DNA from: Octopus sinensis
Lineage: Eukaryota
Assembly: GCF_006345805.1 (NCBI RefSeq)
Contig: NC_043012.1
Location: 16,864,001-16,928,000 of the forward strand
DNA length: 64,000 nt
Reading direction: 5' to 3'
Shown here: positions 13,740-28,367 of the stretch, in pieces
Numbering within the stretch: the first letter of the stretch is position 1
How the letters are laid out: every line of letters starts with the position of its first letter
Notes under the pieces: generated by a model
Databases searched by the model: none
Told to the model about the DNA's origin: nothing
What the model saw: the letters and a program-made list of their open reading frames with translations, nothing else
Translations under genes and position numbers: made by a program

Positions 13740-16700
13740 TGTGTACAGTGCTCAGGTGCACTACAACTCATCTAAAGTGTATTTTAATCAGGTGTAGTTT
13801 CGGCGGATTTCGGAAAGCATGAGGGCCTTAAGGATGCAGTGTCATGGCAGTCAACAACTGACGCAGGCAGTTTATTCCATGCTTCAGCAACTCTGAGCGT
13901 GAAAAAATGTTTCCGAAAGTCATGGGAGCTGTGTTGTTTTCTGACTTTGTAGGCATGTCCATGTGTGTTAGACACATGGAGATCAAAAGGTGTTCAGTGT
14001 TGTTGTTGGTGAGGTGGTTTATAACTTTGTGGGTGTTTACCAAGTCCGTCGCCAGACGCCGGAGCTTCAGTGAATCCATGCCCAGGGAAACAAGGCGCTC
14101 AGAATATGGTAGGTGTCTGATGGAGGGTATGCGTTTGGTTGCACGTCTCTGGACAGATTCCAGGAGGTCAATGTTCTGAGCAAGATAGGGGTTCCAAACT
14201 GATGATGCGAATTCCAAGTGTGGTCGTACCATAGCTGCATACAGTTTTAAATAGATGGCTGGAGAGCAGCTAACAAAAGTCTTGCTGCGTGATGCCAAGA
14301 CACCCTCGGCCTTCTTGACAATTTTAGAGATATGCTTTGTCCAACGCAAATCACTGCTGACAGTGATGCCTAGGTCACGCTCGCAAGAGGATTTCTTGAT
14401 ATCAGTGTTGTGGAGGGAGTATGTGGACGCAGGGTTTTTTCTCCCAAAATGCATGGTGGTACACTTGTCCACAGCCAGTTTCAGTTGCCAGTCTGTGATC
14501 CATTGCTGCATTGTGTCTAGGTCTGATTGCAGGAAAGAGTTGTAGACATCAGGATCTGTCCTCTTGATTTCAAGGTACAGCTTGATGTCGTCTGCATATT
14601 TCAATACTGTGGCATTCTTTAAATTGGCATCTATGTCATTAATGTATGCACAAACAAGAGGGGACCAAGGACAGATCCCTGTGGTACACCCGATGACATC
14701 TCATATGGTGTAGAGTGCTGTACAAGAACTGTGACTACCCCTTTCGGCTGAGGATGAAGGATTTCAACCAGTTAAAAAGGTCATCCCCAACATCCATTGC
14801 AGAGAGTTTCACCATAAGCCTTTTGTGTGGCACAGAGTTGAAAGCCTTAGCAAGTCAAGGTAGACAACATCCACCCATGAGCCACTGTCAGTGATCTGAG
14901 TAATGTCCTCAAGGAACTCGACAAGCTGATCACTGCAGCTGGAGTTAGGGACAAATCCATATTGTGAGGGTCGGATGAGACTGTGAGAGCTCCAGAAGTT
15001 CCAGAGTGTTTCTCTGACACACGATTCCATCAGTTTTGCAATACAGCTAGTGAGACTGACTGGGCGATAGTTGACAGGTGATGTGCGGTCGCCCTTTTTG
15101 AACAGAGGAATGACACTGGCAGTTTTCCACTGCTCCGGAGTAACACCATTGTTGAGACAGTACTGGAAGAAAATAGAAAGCTGGTGTAAAAGGAAGTACC
15201 TGCCACGTTTGAGAAGCAGGTATGTAACTCCATCGAGACCAGGGGAGGAATAGTTGCGCTTATTTTGAAGGTGACGTCGCAACATTGCAGGTGTAAATTC
15301 CATAGTTGTTATGGATTTGCTGTTAGTGATGGTGAAGATGGTACATTTTGACTTTCAACAGTGAATATGTTTGCATAGCACTCGGCAATGAGTTCTGCGC
15401 ATTCCTTGGGGTCGTCAGTGATCTGGTTTGTGTGAGGGTTGCGAAGAGGGCCCACTGGAGAGTGAGGTCTCTGCTTTGAATGTACATATTTCCAGAAAAC
15501 CTTGCTGTCAAGATTGGCTGCTATGCACTGTTCAAATTCAAGCACTGCTTTTTTTGTCACTTGCTTGAGATGGTTAGAAGATTTATTCCGCTTCTTCCTG
15601 TTGGTGTCTGATTTATGCAACTTGTATTCCCGTTCAGCAGTCCGACGTTCCTTCCTGGCAAGTCGGACTGCTGAAGTTTCCCAAATTGCCCTTTTGGGGC
15701 GGTTCTTCTTTTTCTGTTTATGTGGCACTGATACTGCACATGCTGCTCATATTGAGTCCAGAATACTCTGGAGTATAGTATTCACATCTCCAGAGTTGTA
15801 GAATTCACGCCAGTTTGGGTGCTGTAGTTCAGTGTGGTACAGGTTCCAATCTGCTCTCTTCCAATCGAAGGAAGCAGATTGGAGATGGTTCAGGTTTTTG
15901 TTGCCCGCAAGAGCCAGATTGGCGATGATCATAGCATGATCAGAGTCACCTAGAGGTTCCTCCGTAGTGCAATGGCCCGAATGACCCACATTGGAATCAT
16001 GAATTAATTTTCTTTGATTTATTCCTTGCATCTGTGATTTCTGGTTTAATGTTAATATTAAAATACAGTGTGGGAGGTGTTTGAGAATATATTCGATAAT
16101 TTAATAAAACAAATCTAATCTAGCAAATTACCAAATGTATTTTACTAAAAATTTGTGCACACATTTTGACAATCTTTCTTATAATATTATAATAATGAAT
16201 CTGCCTTGAGCTTTGATAACTGCTTTAATACAAGATGTGAATCAGTGATATGTCTGCATTAAATAGTCCTTGTTTGTTTTGGACTCTACCTGGACAATGG
16301 CAACCTTCAGTGAAGCTATGGTATTTGGAGGGTGTCAGTTAGTTTTCCACGTTCCGTGCCGGTGGAATGTAAAAAGCACCATCCGATCGTGGCCGTTTGC
16401 CAGCCTTGTCTGGCACCTGTGCCAGTGGCACGTAAAAAGCACCCACTACACTCACGGAGTGGTTGGCGTTAGGAAGGGCATCCAGCTGTAGAAACACTGC
16501 CAGATCAGACTGGGCCTGGTGCAGCCTTCTGGCTTCCCAGACCCCAGTTGAACCGTCCAACCCATGCTAGCATGGAAAGCGGACGTTAAACAATAATGAT
16601 GATGATAATGAATGCTCTAAGCATAGTAGTCTATGGGATTTAAACTGATGAGCTTGGAGGCCACAAGTTTTGGTGTTACCTGATTATAAAAATTGTTTGA

Positions 16701-18913
16701 CAACCATTCTTGGATTACATGAGCTTTATGAGAATGTGCTGAATCTTGTTATGAGAATGTGCTGAGAATGTATAGCCTTCCATTGCATTCTTCATTCATG
16801 TAGGGTTTAATGACTGTCTCCAGCACCTCGATGTATCCATCAGCATTAATTCTAATACCACGTGGAAAGATGTGAGATAGAATGATATAACCTATGTTAG
16901 TCACCATTCCTCAAACTGTCACAATTCCTGGGATCTATGTTTGCATCACTTCTCAGGAAATCAGAAAGATCTGCAGTAACCATTTGCTATTTCTCCTGTT
17001 AGACTTTTGGTCTTGGTTGAAGCTTTTCTCATCAGGGAATGACTAAAACATGCCTTGTTCATGAGAGCTTTTGACTTTGGTAAGCAACCGACTGGCATGA
17101 ATTGAATAGTTTTCCTGTGTCTTTGCAGACATGAATTTGTCTTTCCTTAACACATGTGACTTGTATTGACTGTTTTTGTGCATACTTTGGGAGGGTCTCA
17201 TAAACATGTGTGTGTGTGTGTGTTTATCTTAATGTTTTGCTGGAATTGGTTCAGTCAAAGTTTATTACTTTCCTACATTGTACTCTACACAAAATACAAG
17301 TGCAGGGTCTCATATTTTTTATTAAACATTTGCATATTGTTTTAACCCCTGGTTGACTTCAAGTGCACCCAAAATGACCAGAGGTTAAAATGATTATAAT
17401 GCAAACGGTTAAATATATATATATATGTGTTTGCAAAAGGGACATGAAGGCCTGCAACATCAATATTAGCAACTGGGAAGCAGTTGCCAGCAACCATAGA
17501 GATTGGCGACGTACCGTAAAAGAGGGAACACAAAGAAGTGACAGAGAGAGAGAGGAGAAATGGAAAGACAAGAAAAGACGTCAACAAGAAACTATGACAT
17601 TACAATCAGCCAGGATAAGTCTTCGCTACATTTGCAGCACCTGCCAGAGGGAGTGTTTGTCCAGGATAGGACTACACAGCCACAGCAGGAGATGTATTAG
17701 GACATGGAATGTAAAAGCTGGACTGGATTATTCTATGCGCAACTCCATTGTCTCCCGATACAAAAAGGATGCCAACAACAATATATATATATATACTCTC
17801 TTTACTTTTTTACTTGTTTCAGTCATATGACTGCGGCCATGCTGGAGCACCGCCTTTAGTCGAACAAATCGACCCCAGGACTTGTTCTTTGCGAGCCTAG
17901 TACTTATTCTATCGGTCTCTTTTGCCGAACCGCTAAGTTACGGGGACATAAACACACCAGCATCGGTTGTCAAGCGATGTTGGGGTATCAAACACTGACA
18001 CACAAACACACATATGTATATACGACGGGCTTCTTTCAGTTTCCGTCTACCAAATCCACTCACAAGGCCTTGGTTGGCCCGAGGCTATAGTAGAAGACAC
18101 TTGCCCAAGGTGCCACGCAGTGGGACTGAACCCGGAACCATGTGGTTGGTAAGCAAGCTACTTACCACACAGCCACTCCTGCACCCATATATATATATAT
18201 TTATTAATTAAGCAGTCTGTACTGTGCATGTTTGCATATTGTGCGGCTGTTATCCTCCAGCATTCTCAACAAGTTTTGTGTTCTATGTTTTCTCTGTATC
18301 CCTTGACAACCTTTGGACCCTTCCAAAAGGTGTTGCCTGTGTTGGCTGTGACCTTCCATGTCTTCCCTTTCCTTGTGTTGATGTTAAACCCAATGCAGTT
18401 TTGGATATGTTTATATACGCATAACTGTATGATGCAATTTAATTAGTATGACATATAACTGACATTTTGATATTTAGAACTCCATGTGCATCTTTGTATA
18501 TCAAAAGTGAAAACCGCAAAGAGAACTTGTGTGTTGCAGCTTCAGTGACCTTTCACAGGTCTCCATAATTAGATAAAATAACAGATTACATGTAGAAAAA
18601 GACTAAACTGGGGAGCTAGTTAATCACTCACAAGTTTAATGTTTTTGCTATGTATATATATATAGATGTATGTATATATTTTGTTTTTGTATTTGGTTTG
18701 CAAGATTCTTTATGTGAATTCGTGTGTTGAAGCATATTTTATTGGGTCTGGGGAGAGTCATTCTCTTTTAGTGCCTTGTTATTTAACACACTCACTGGTT
18801 TGATTTCCACTCATTTACTTATTTACAGATAAGTAAATGAGTGGAAATTGGACCAGTGAGGGTGTTAAGTAATAAGGCACTAAAAAGGAATGAATCTCCC
18901 CAGACACAATAAA

Positions 18914-18961
<48 letters not shown>

Positions 18962-19312
18962 CATGATGATCATCATCATCGTTTAACGTCCGTTTTCCAT
19001 GCTAGCATGGGTTATATATATATATGTATACACACACACACCTTCATGCTCTACCCTGTCAACATTCTCTCCACTCCGTATTTCATCCTGCAAACAGCCA
19101 AAAAGCTCTGGTGATGGTAGCATGTAAAAGACAGCTGCCACATTTTGTAAAATGGTAGGTGTTAGGAAGGTGATCCAACTGTAGAAATGATGTCAAAACA
19201 ATGGGACCTGGTGTGGCTCCTGGTCTTGTCAGCCCTAGTCAAACCATCCAACCCATGACAGCATGGAAAACAGATGATAAATGATGATGATGGCGCATAC
19301 ATAAATACATAC

Positions 19313-19350
<38 letters not shown>

Positions 19351-19655
19351 TACAAGATCACGTGATCAATGAGACTATGGGATGTTGTTACACATCGCTG
19401 GTCACACTGCACTTTGCATGGTTTTGGCTTTCGTATGATGCCTCCCTGCTGGATAGGTGACCAGGCCAACATTTCCCCTGATCGGAATATATAGTCCATT
19501 GCATGGTCACCCTTTTACAGCTGAATGAAATGGGGCAATGTGAAACAAAGTGTTTTACTTAAGAACGGGGCATACCAGTCATTCTTGGAATCCAATCCAT
19601 AACCTTGTGATTGTGAGTGCAGCATCCTAACCACTGGGCCTCTACCGTCACACAC

Positions 19656-19690
<35 letters not shown>

Positions 19691-22236
19691 ATGTATGTGT
19701 AAATATAAAACTTTGAACTCATATTTTTTATTGAATATGACATGAGAAAGTAATCAACTTTTGACTGAACCAATTTCAGCAAAATAAAATCATAAAGACA
19801 AGAGTGTGTGTGTGCATGCATGCGTGTGTGCATAATATATATATGTATATAGGAGTGGCTGTGTGGTAAGTAGCTTGTTTACCAACCACATGGTTCCGGG
19901 TTCAGTCCCACTGTGTGGCACCTTGGGCAAGTGTCTTCTACTATAGCCTCGGGCCGATCAAAGCCTTGTGAGTGGATTTGGTTGATGGAAACTGAAAGAA
20001 GCCCATCGTATATGTGTATATATATATATATGCGTGTGTGTGTTTGTGTGTCTGTGTTTGTCCCCCTAGCATTGCTTGACAACCGATACTGGTGTGTTTA
20101 TGTCCCCGTTACTTAGCGGTTCGGCAAAAGAGACCGATAGAATAAGTACTAGGCTTTCAAACAATAAGTCCTGGGGTCGAGTTGCTCGATTAAAGGTGGT
20201 GCTCCAGCATGGCCGCAGTCAAATGACTGAAACAAGTAAAAGAGTTAAAAGAGTATATATATATATATATATAAAAAGACCCCACCAAAGTATGAAGGCT
20301 TGGTAAAGTAGAAATATCGAATCAATATGCAAAGTGTAAAGGTTATTATTTAAGGACATTCAGTTATCACTATATTACCCTTTCTCTCTCTCCCCCCTCT
20401 CTCTCTCTCTCATATATATATATGTAATATTTTTTTTCTTTTCCAGTGTATGCAGATCAGGAGAGAAAGATCTGGTTCGCCTTTTACTAACAATTAATCT
20501 GGAAGTGGATAGTGTCAGCTTTGGTGATAAATCTCCATTACATGTGTCCTGTGAAGAAGGCCATTTGGAAGTGACCCTGTTGTTGCTTGAGGTAAGATAA
20601 ACCATTACTTATTTATATAAATTGCTCTTTGTGGTCAAACGGTCAGAACAAGGGGTGCAGAGGTAGGAAGCGAACCCCTTAACTGACTTGAAACATTACT
20701 TTTTGATTATGGGGTTATCGTATTTGATTATCTTTTATCTTTTACTCGTTTCAGTCATTTGACTGCAGCCATGCTGGGGCACTGCCTTGAAGGGTTTTAG
20801 TTGAGCAAATCAACCCATAGGACTAATTTATTTTCTTAAGCCTAGTACTTATTCTATCAGTCTCTTTTGCCAAAATGCTAAGTTACGTGGATGTAAACAC
20901 ACCAACACTGATTGTCAAGCAGTAGCGGAGGACAAACACAGACATAAAGGCACACACACACACATACACTTCACACACACACACACACACACACACGTAA
21001 AATGCACCATCTGAACATTGTCCCCTGACTGGCTCCCATGCTGGTGGCATGTAAAAAGTACCATCCAAACGTGATCGATACCAGTGCCCCCTCCTGACTG
21101 GCTCCAGTGCCGGTGGCACATAAAATGCACCATCTGAACATGGTTGAGACCAGTGCCCCCTGACTGGCTCCTGTACTGGTGGCATGTAAAAAGCAACCAA
21201 TCTTGGAGTGGTTGGTGTTAGGAAGGGCATCCTGCTGTAGAAACTTTGCCAGATCAGATTGGAGCCTGGTGTTGCCCTCTGGCTTGCCAGACCTCAAGTC
21301 AAACCATCCAACCCATGCCAACATGGAATGCAGATGTTAAACGACGATGGTAATGATGATGATGATTGATGCTTATAATGCCTAACATAATTTTACATTG
21401 AAAATCTTAACAGTTAACTCATTCGTGCATCATTGTTTCTTCTCTTTCCAGAAATATCCAGAAAACGCAGCGTTGCGTTGCCCCAACGGAAGACTTGCCA
21501 TACATTATGCTGCCATGAATGGTAAACTAGATATTGTTTCCTTATTGCTGGAGTTTCCATACCCTGATCAAGCACTGATGCAAATTAATCACACAACTGA
21601 TGGCAATCAACATTTCCATCACGCCTTCGATCCTGACACTTTGGACTTTGATTCCAAGTCAGCCTTGTACCATGCCTGTGAAAATGGACACTACAGTGTC
21701 GTCAAGTACATGCTTCACAAGGAAATGCCTGCGTGTAAGACATGTGTAAAATGCATTCCAGAAAAGGTAGAGATAATGTTACAATATTGTGTTGTTTCTG
21801 TTGCAAGCTATGTACTGTCTATGTTATTGTGTATCTATTTTTGACCTTACTTGTACCAGTACCACGTAAAAGGCCTCCAATATACTCTGTAATCCAATCC
21901 ATTCTGTAAAGTGGTTGGCCTTAGGAAGGGCATCCAGCCATAGAAACCACACCTAACAAACATTGGAACTCAATGCAGTCCACTTGCTCCTCAGCTCCTT
22001 TTGAAATGTCCAACCCATTCCAACATTGAAAACTATTCTTGTTTTCTTTGTCTTTTACTTATTTCAGTCATTAGACTGTGGCCATGCTGGAGCATTGCCT
22101 TGATGAATTTTAATTGAATGCATTGACCCCAGTAATTCCTTTTTCTTTTTGAAGTCTGATATTTATTCCATCAATCTCTTTTGTTGAACCACTAAGTTAT
22201 GGGGATATATATATACATACATACATATATATACAT

Positions 22237-22268
<32 letters not shown>

Positions 22269-22512
22269 CAAATGTCTTATAAAACTATTCCACACATACA
22301 ATAACAGCCATACCAACAATCCAACATACCTCCATCATCAGCTGCCCCACAGATATCATTATGGTTTCGACACCTGGACAGTACTATTCAATCTGGCGGT
22401 GTCAACAGCACTAAAATAAGTGTTGTTTGGGAACAAACATACCTTAGATATCACCACATTCATTCAACCTTAATTCTAGGAAGAATTAAACTCTAACATA
22501 ATTGGTTTAATA

Positions 22513-22552
<40 letters not shown>

Positions 22553-25500
22553 AGAAGGACGGCCAGCTGTAGAAATCAAGTCAAATCAGACTGGAGCTTG
22601 ATGCAGTCCTCTGGCTTACCTGTTCCAGTCAAACTGTCTAACCCATGCCAGCATGGAAAACAGATGCTAAATGATGATGATGATGTGTGTGTGTATGTAT
22701 ATAAAATATATTAAAAACAGTTTCTTAACATCTAACAAGATTCTTTTCTTTTTGTTTTTCTCTCTCTTTTTTTTCCAGACTTCTGAAAGTATGACCCAAA
22801 GTCAAATGTTTCCCACAGTTCACTTATGTAAACCATTCACTGTAAATGGACTGAGTCCTCTGCAAATAGCTGTTCTTCATAATTTTCAGGAAATTGCAAG
22901 TATTCTGCTAGAAACTGGGGTTAACACAGGAGTTAGGGCTGACCCTAATGAACTCACATTCGTCTTGAAAACAGCTTCTGATTACGGCTACATTTCTTTG
23001 GTTGACCTTCTTTTACAACATGGTGCCAAAGACGATCGTAATCATATTCTCATGGCTGCTGAAATATCTCAGGATGTTGAGATGCTTGGGGTGATTCTCA
23101 AATATAAAACTGTACCGGATACTCATTGTCATATTGACCGTAATCAAGTGAAGCAGAAAGCTTCCGAATTGTCTTTTATGTCGGAGAGTGGTAACATCGA
23201 GAGCTTTAACTCTTCTGAACTCGACGGACAACTTTATCCTCCAATGACTGCTGTTTCTCTTTGCTGGCAGGACTTGCGTATTCTCACATGCGTGCACACT
23301 TCTTGGTTGATTTCTGCTTCTTTGCTTCACAACCCTTACCTTAATAGCAGCCACACACAACTGTCGTTGTGTACCATCACAAGAATTAATCTTCAGGGCA
23401 ACAGAATATTAAAGTTTCCGTCCATTTTATATGAATTATCTTCTCTTTGTTACTTAGATATTTCACACAATGAGGTTGACGCACTTTCTGAAACAAACCC
23501 CTTACAGGTTGGAGAACTGTGGCCAAATCTAGTCAAATTGAACATTAGTCACAACAAGTTACTTTTTTTACCAAGTTATATCTTTCATTTACCCATACTA
23601 TTTTATTTAAATGCTTCCTACAATCGCTTAGAGAACATTCCAGAGGACTTTTGGTTCACATCTTCGTTAGAGAATGTCGATTTCTCTTATAACAACTTGC
23701 GATCCTTTATGTGTCCAGCTTATCAGAGCCGGGTAATGATGTCAAATCGGCAAAGATATTCAACCACCTACTCCTGCAGCGAGAGTGTTTCCAGCAATGA
23801 CAATTCAGAAGTATTCACCTTGGGGCATTCCACCAGCCAAGAGCTGGATGAGTATAGCGATACTGTGTTATCGCATAACTTGAAAATGGACGTGCAACAT
23901 TGTGTCTATTGGCACAGCAGTTTGCAGGTGAGCACGGAATCTGATGTGCCCGCTAACGATGAAAATGGACGTAAACTAGGCCTTAAAGTTCTCAACCTTT
24001 CATCCAATCACTTGAAAGAAATTCCTGAGGGTTTGGCTTGTTGTTTCCCAAACCTGGATCAGCTAAATATCTCAGAAAATGATATTTACAATTGGGGCAA
24101 TCTCAGTCTTTATCCATCGATGTTGCGAGAACTTGATCTCAGCCAAAACCGGCTCATCAGTATGTCGTCGAAACAAGGTTCTACATCAACAAGCACCGAG
24201 TCATTGTTTTGCTATAATACCAGACAGTGAGTATTCTCTTAATTCTTATGTTTTGTGTGTTTTGAAATGTTTTGTCTTTTTCTCAAGAGTTACAGCTGAT
24301 CATGTTGATGTTATATGATGCCTGTGTAGGAATTTATATGACCGTACGTAAGGAGTTTGGTGACAAGGTCTCCTCTTGTATGCCGCACGGTCGCATCCTA
24401 CATAACATAACATAATATAATAATATAAGATAAGCCATTGTACATGGATATATTATACAGTGCCAAAGGAAAAGAATAAAGGACGCCAAGCCGTTCTACT
24501 GTTTGAGAGAGAAGATAGATTTTAATAACAATATACAAAGTGAGTTGTGATTACTAGCGTAGTGTTGTGGTATGAATGCATGCGTATAGTATTTGTGTCT
24601 GTGTATTTGAGTGTGCGACAGAAGGTACAGATAAAGGTGCATGTGAATACCACAGAATTACAGAGCATAAGAGAAGTCTCAGCATATTGAGTTATTATAG
24701 AGTTAGTTACCAGTTCATGTGGTACATGATAATAAGTTCTATAACAAGATTTGGGTCTCGAAGCGGAGACTAGTTGAATCACTTATTGTGCAGGTTTCTC
24801 TTGATATAGATTGTTCTTTCAGATATATATACTGTAACTGTTTTTCCGTGGTGATAGTTTCACACAAACAGCGTGAGTTGAATCTGTGTATTTGTGTTGT
24901 TGTGTACCAGTTGAAATCTTTGGAGATGTAGAAGACATTGGTGATGACGTTCTGTCTGTCGCTGGTATACAATAGCGTCTTTATAGCATGGTTGGCTGGC
25001 TGTCGTCTGTAGTTCGAACTGGAACATGGCTGAGTTGCTCTGTGTGGTCTCCGACAAGACCTTAGAAGGTCTTGAACCGAATGACGATGAATTGTGAAAA
25101 TACTAGCTTATTTAAAGAGTGAATATGACTCAATTGAAAGATCCTATCCGAAGGCCGTGATTGGTCAGTTTACACACTGGCGCGAAATAAGTAGAGAGAC
25201 AAACTGCACTAGATGCTAACCAATCATCTCAGTGGACACAACGGGGTTAAACTAGCCAAAGATGGTTGTAATCTCAAACGAGATCATTCCTAATGTTTTT
25301 CTCAAACAGTGAGGATATCAATATTGCTACACCTGGATACCAGACTAAAACTTATAAATTTGTATCCTGTCTCTTTTGTTGCAATGTGTCCATTCACATA
25401 AAGGAAAGATAAGTGAATTAGAAATGCCTGAGCAGAATGAGCTTACTCAGTTCCAAGGAGCAGAGGCCATTATAGTATCAGCAAAAACAGGCAGGGAGAG

Positions 25501-26762
25501 AACACAGTACACCTGTAGTTCAGAGGCTGGAGCTTCTGTGAGTTATTGTAAATTTCACCCCAAAATTCTATTAAAGTGAATATTGCTTTTGTTTATCTGT
25601 AGGGGATCAACATCTTCGTGGAGGCTCAGTGGCACACCACCATTTACTTCTTACATACAAGACTTGAACACCTGTGTTCATCGTCAGCACCGAATTTTGG
25701 TGAATTTGCAGACATTGAATTTGCACGCTAATCGTCTTTCATCCTTAAACTTCATTCATCCTGTTAATACATCTGCTGACTCTTGCCATTCAAGAAATTC
25801 TGTTGGAACTGAAGGCTCTTTCCGAAGTGTAAGAATTATTTTACCTTTTTCTTTTTCTCTGTGTTTTTGTGTTTGGTGTATTATTTTCTTCTTTGCCTTT
25901 CATCCCCCTGATAAAATGAAGTACCAGTCAAACACTGGAGTTGATGGTATCGATTAATCTTATGTCTCCCAAAACTGCAATCCTTGTGTTTAACCCTTTA
26001 GTGTTCAGATTATTGAATCAAACATAATGCCTATTGATTCCCATTGATTTGAATTAATCATGCATTATCTCATATCTTCAAGATCTTGATGGTGTAATTA
26101 CCTAATGTAGAATAACATTGTAGGGTAGGTGTGAGAGCCTGGATCTGGTCAGTTTGAACATAAAACAGATTAACTATTTTGGTCGGATATGGCCGGTTTA
26201 AATACTAAAGGGTTAAATTAGAAACAATTGTTGTTGTTGTTGCCTTTGCACAGCTTCTAACACTGGAGATGTACTATGGTGTCAGCTGTTCAATACCTGT
26301 GAACAGATAAAGTAACACCTCTTATTTTTCGAGCTCCTTCTGGAGTATTCGAACGGTTCCAAGCAGTGCTGTTTTCTGCAAATGCTCCACCCTTATTGCA
26401 GCCCCTATTTGTTCCATGTACTTCTCGAGATTTTTGCTCACTGTTTCCAGGGCTCCGACAGTTATTGGTACTACTGCTACCTTTTCCATCGACCACAACT
26501 GCTTAACTTCCCAAGCTAGCCTGTCATATATCTAGACTTTTCTTTCTTCCTTATCGCATACCTTGTTGTCAGCTGGGCATGCTATATCTATGATCCAACA
26601 TAGTTTGTTTTCTTTCTCAATTAAGACTATGTCCAGCTTCCTATTCTCTATCGCATGGTCACACTGAATCATAAAATCCCATAGGATCTTTGCATTTCTA
26701 TTTTCTACGATGCCTTCAGATTTGTGGTTGTACCAATTTTATTATTATTATCATCATCATCA

Positions 26763-26803
<41 letters not shown>

Positions 26804-28329
26804 TAGTTTTATTTTTTTTTTGCATGCTTTCACTTCACTACCGAAGCGCAGCTCTGTGTGCCTTGGGTATGTGCTGTGGTTTGTTGTGATGCTCTGATGG
26901 TTATTGTATGGAAAGTGTTCTGCGTAGGATGTGTGCAGTGCCTAGTAGTGCAATTTTCTGTATGTTATATGTGTTTGTAAGTCCTGGTGTTTTTGTTATG
27001 TATTTGTCTGAATATTTTTTTATCATGCCTAATGCACCTACTATGATAGGAATTGTTTCTGTTTTTCATTTCCAGGTCTTTGTATTTTGAGAGTTTCTCC
27101 ATTTCTTTTAGAGACATTATTATTATTATTATTATTATTCTTGGATTTTTTTTCAGTCCACAACATCTGGAATAGGTCCACCACCAGTGGTAATATTTCC
27201 AAACTTGACCATGATAGATGTGAGTTTCAATCGAATCAACAAAGTTGCTGGGGATATTGGTTTATTGTCTCAACTGAAAATGCTAAATCTTAGTGACAAT
27301 GACATACGAGAGGTACGTCAGTTGGTTGTTTTTTTCCCCCCCTTTCCATGTTGTCTCATGCATCCCATATGTTTGATCAGGCTTTAAGGATGCTAGCATT
27401 CCAATATAACAGGTGCATGTTGTTATTTAGCCCCAGGTCAGCTGATCCAGTGGACTTATAACCAGTCATATCACCCTCAACCATCCCCATTTTTAATGTT
27501 TTTGCATGATTGCAAAGCAAGCTTCTTAATTCCACAAATATGCCTCTATCCATATTATGTTAGCACCACTTAACCATATATACTAGAATATAATATGATG
27601 CTGAATATAATGTAACCTACACATTCATTTACACCTGTAACTAGGTAAAATATTTCTGATCACTTTTTTTTTTACCTTCTTAAAATCAAGTATAATGATA
27701 TTCCATGAATTTGACCCAGATATTTTGCATTTAATTAATATAAATTAGATTATGTCATGCTGATGATTTCTAAAAAGAATGAAATAGTGCTGCACATATT
27801 TTTACTGACTAGAAATTTTAAGTTCTTTATAATAATTAAACAAATATTAAAAAAATTAAATATGTGTATTCTTTGCATCTTTATTCTTATTCCTTAATTT
27901 CAAATATTATCAAGAAATGATTATCTTCCTTGTATTAACTATCCACTTGAGGATACCATGTGTTTTGTATTAAATTTCTCATATAATACAGTTATATATT
28001 TAAGAGATGAGGAATTATGTACATTATTTACATTATTTACATTTGACAGTTATTTGTCCTCATCTTGTTTGTTGTTAACACATTTCAGCTGATATACCCT
28101 CCAGCCTTCATCAGGTGTCTTGGAGAAATTTCGAACTTGGGTTCTCATTCCTAAAGTATTTTTCGATGTTATTATTATTATTATTATTCAGTTCACTGCT
28201 TGGAATCAAACTCGGAATCTTGGGGTTAGTAGCCCGTGCTCTTAACTACCATGCCCACGGGCATATGGCGTAGTGGTTGAGAGCGCGGGTTACTAACCCC
28301 AAGATTCCGAGTTCAATTCCAGGTAGTGA

Positions 28330-28367
<38 letters not shown>

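Noticed and set aside
28262-28340. Genuine tRNA gene
   Set aside because: A and B boxes are present but there is no closing acceptor stem; always fused to AAT and a common tail, so a SINE-type head
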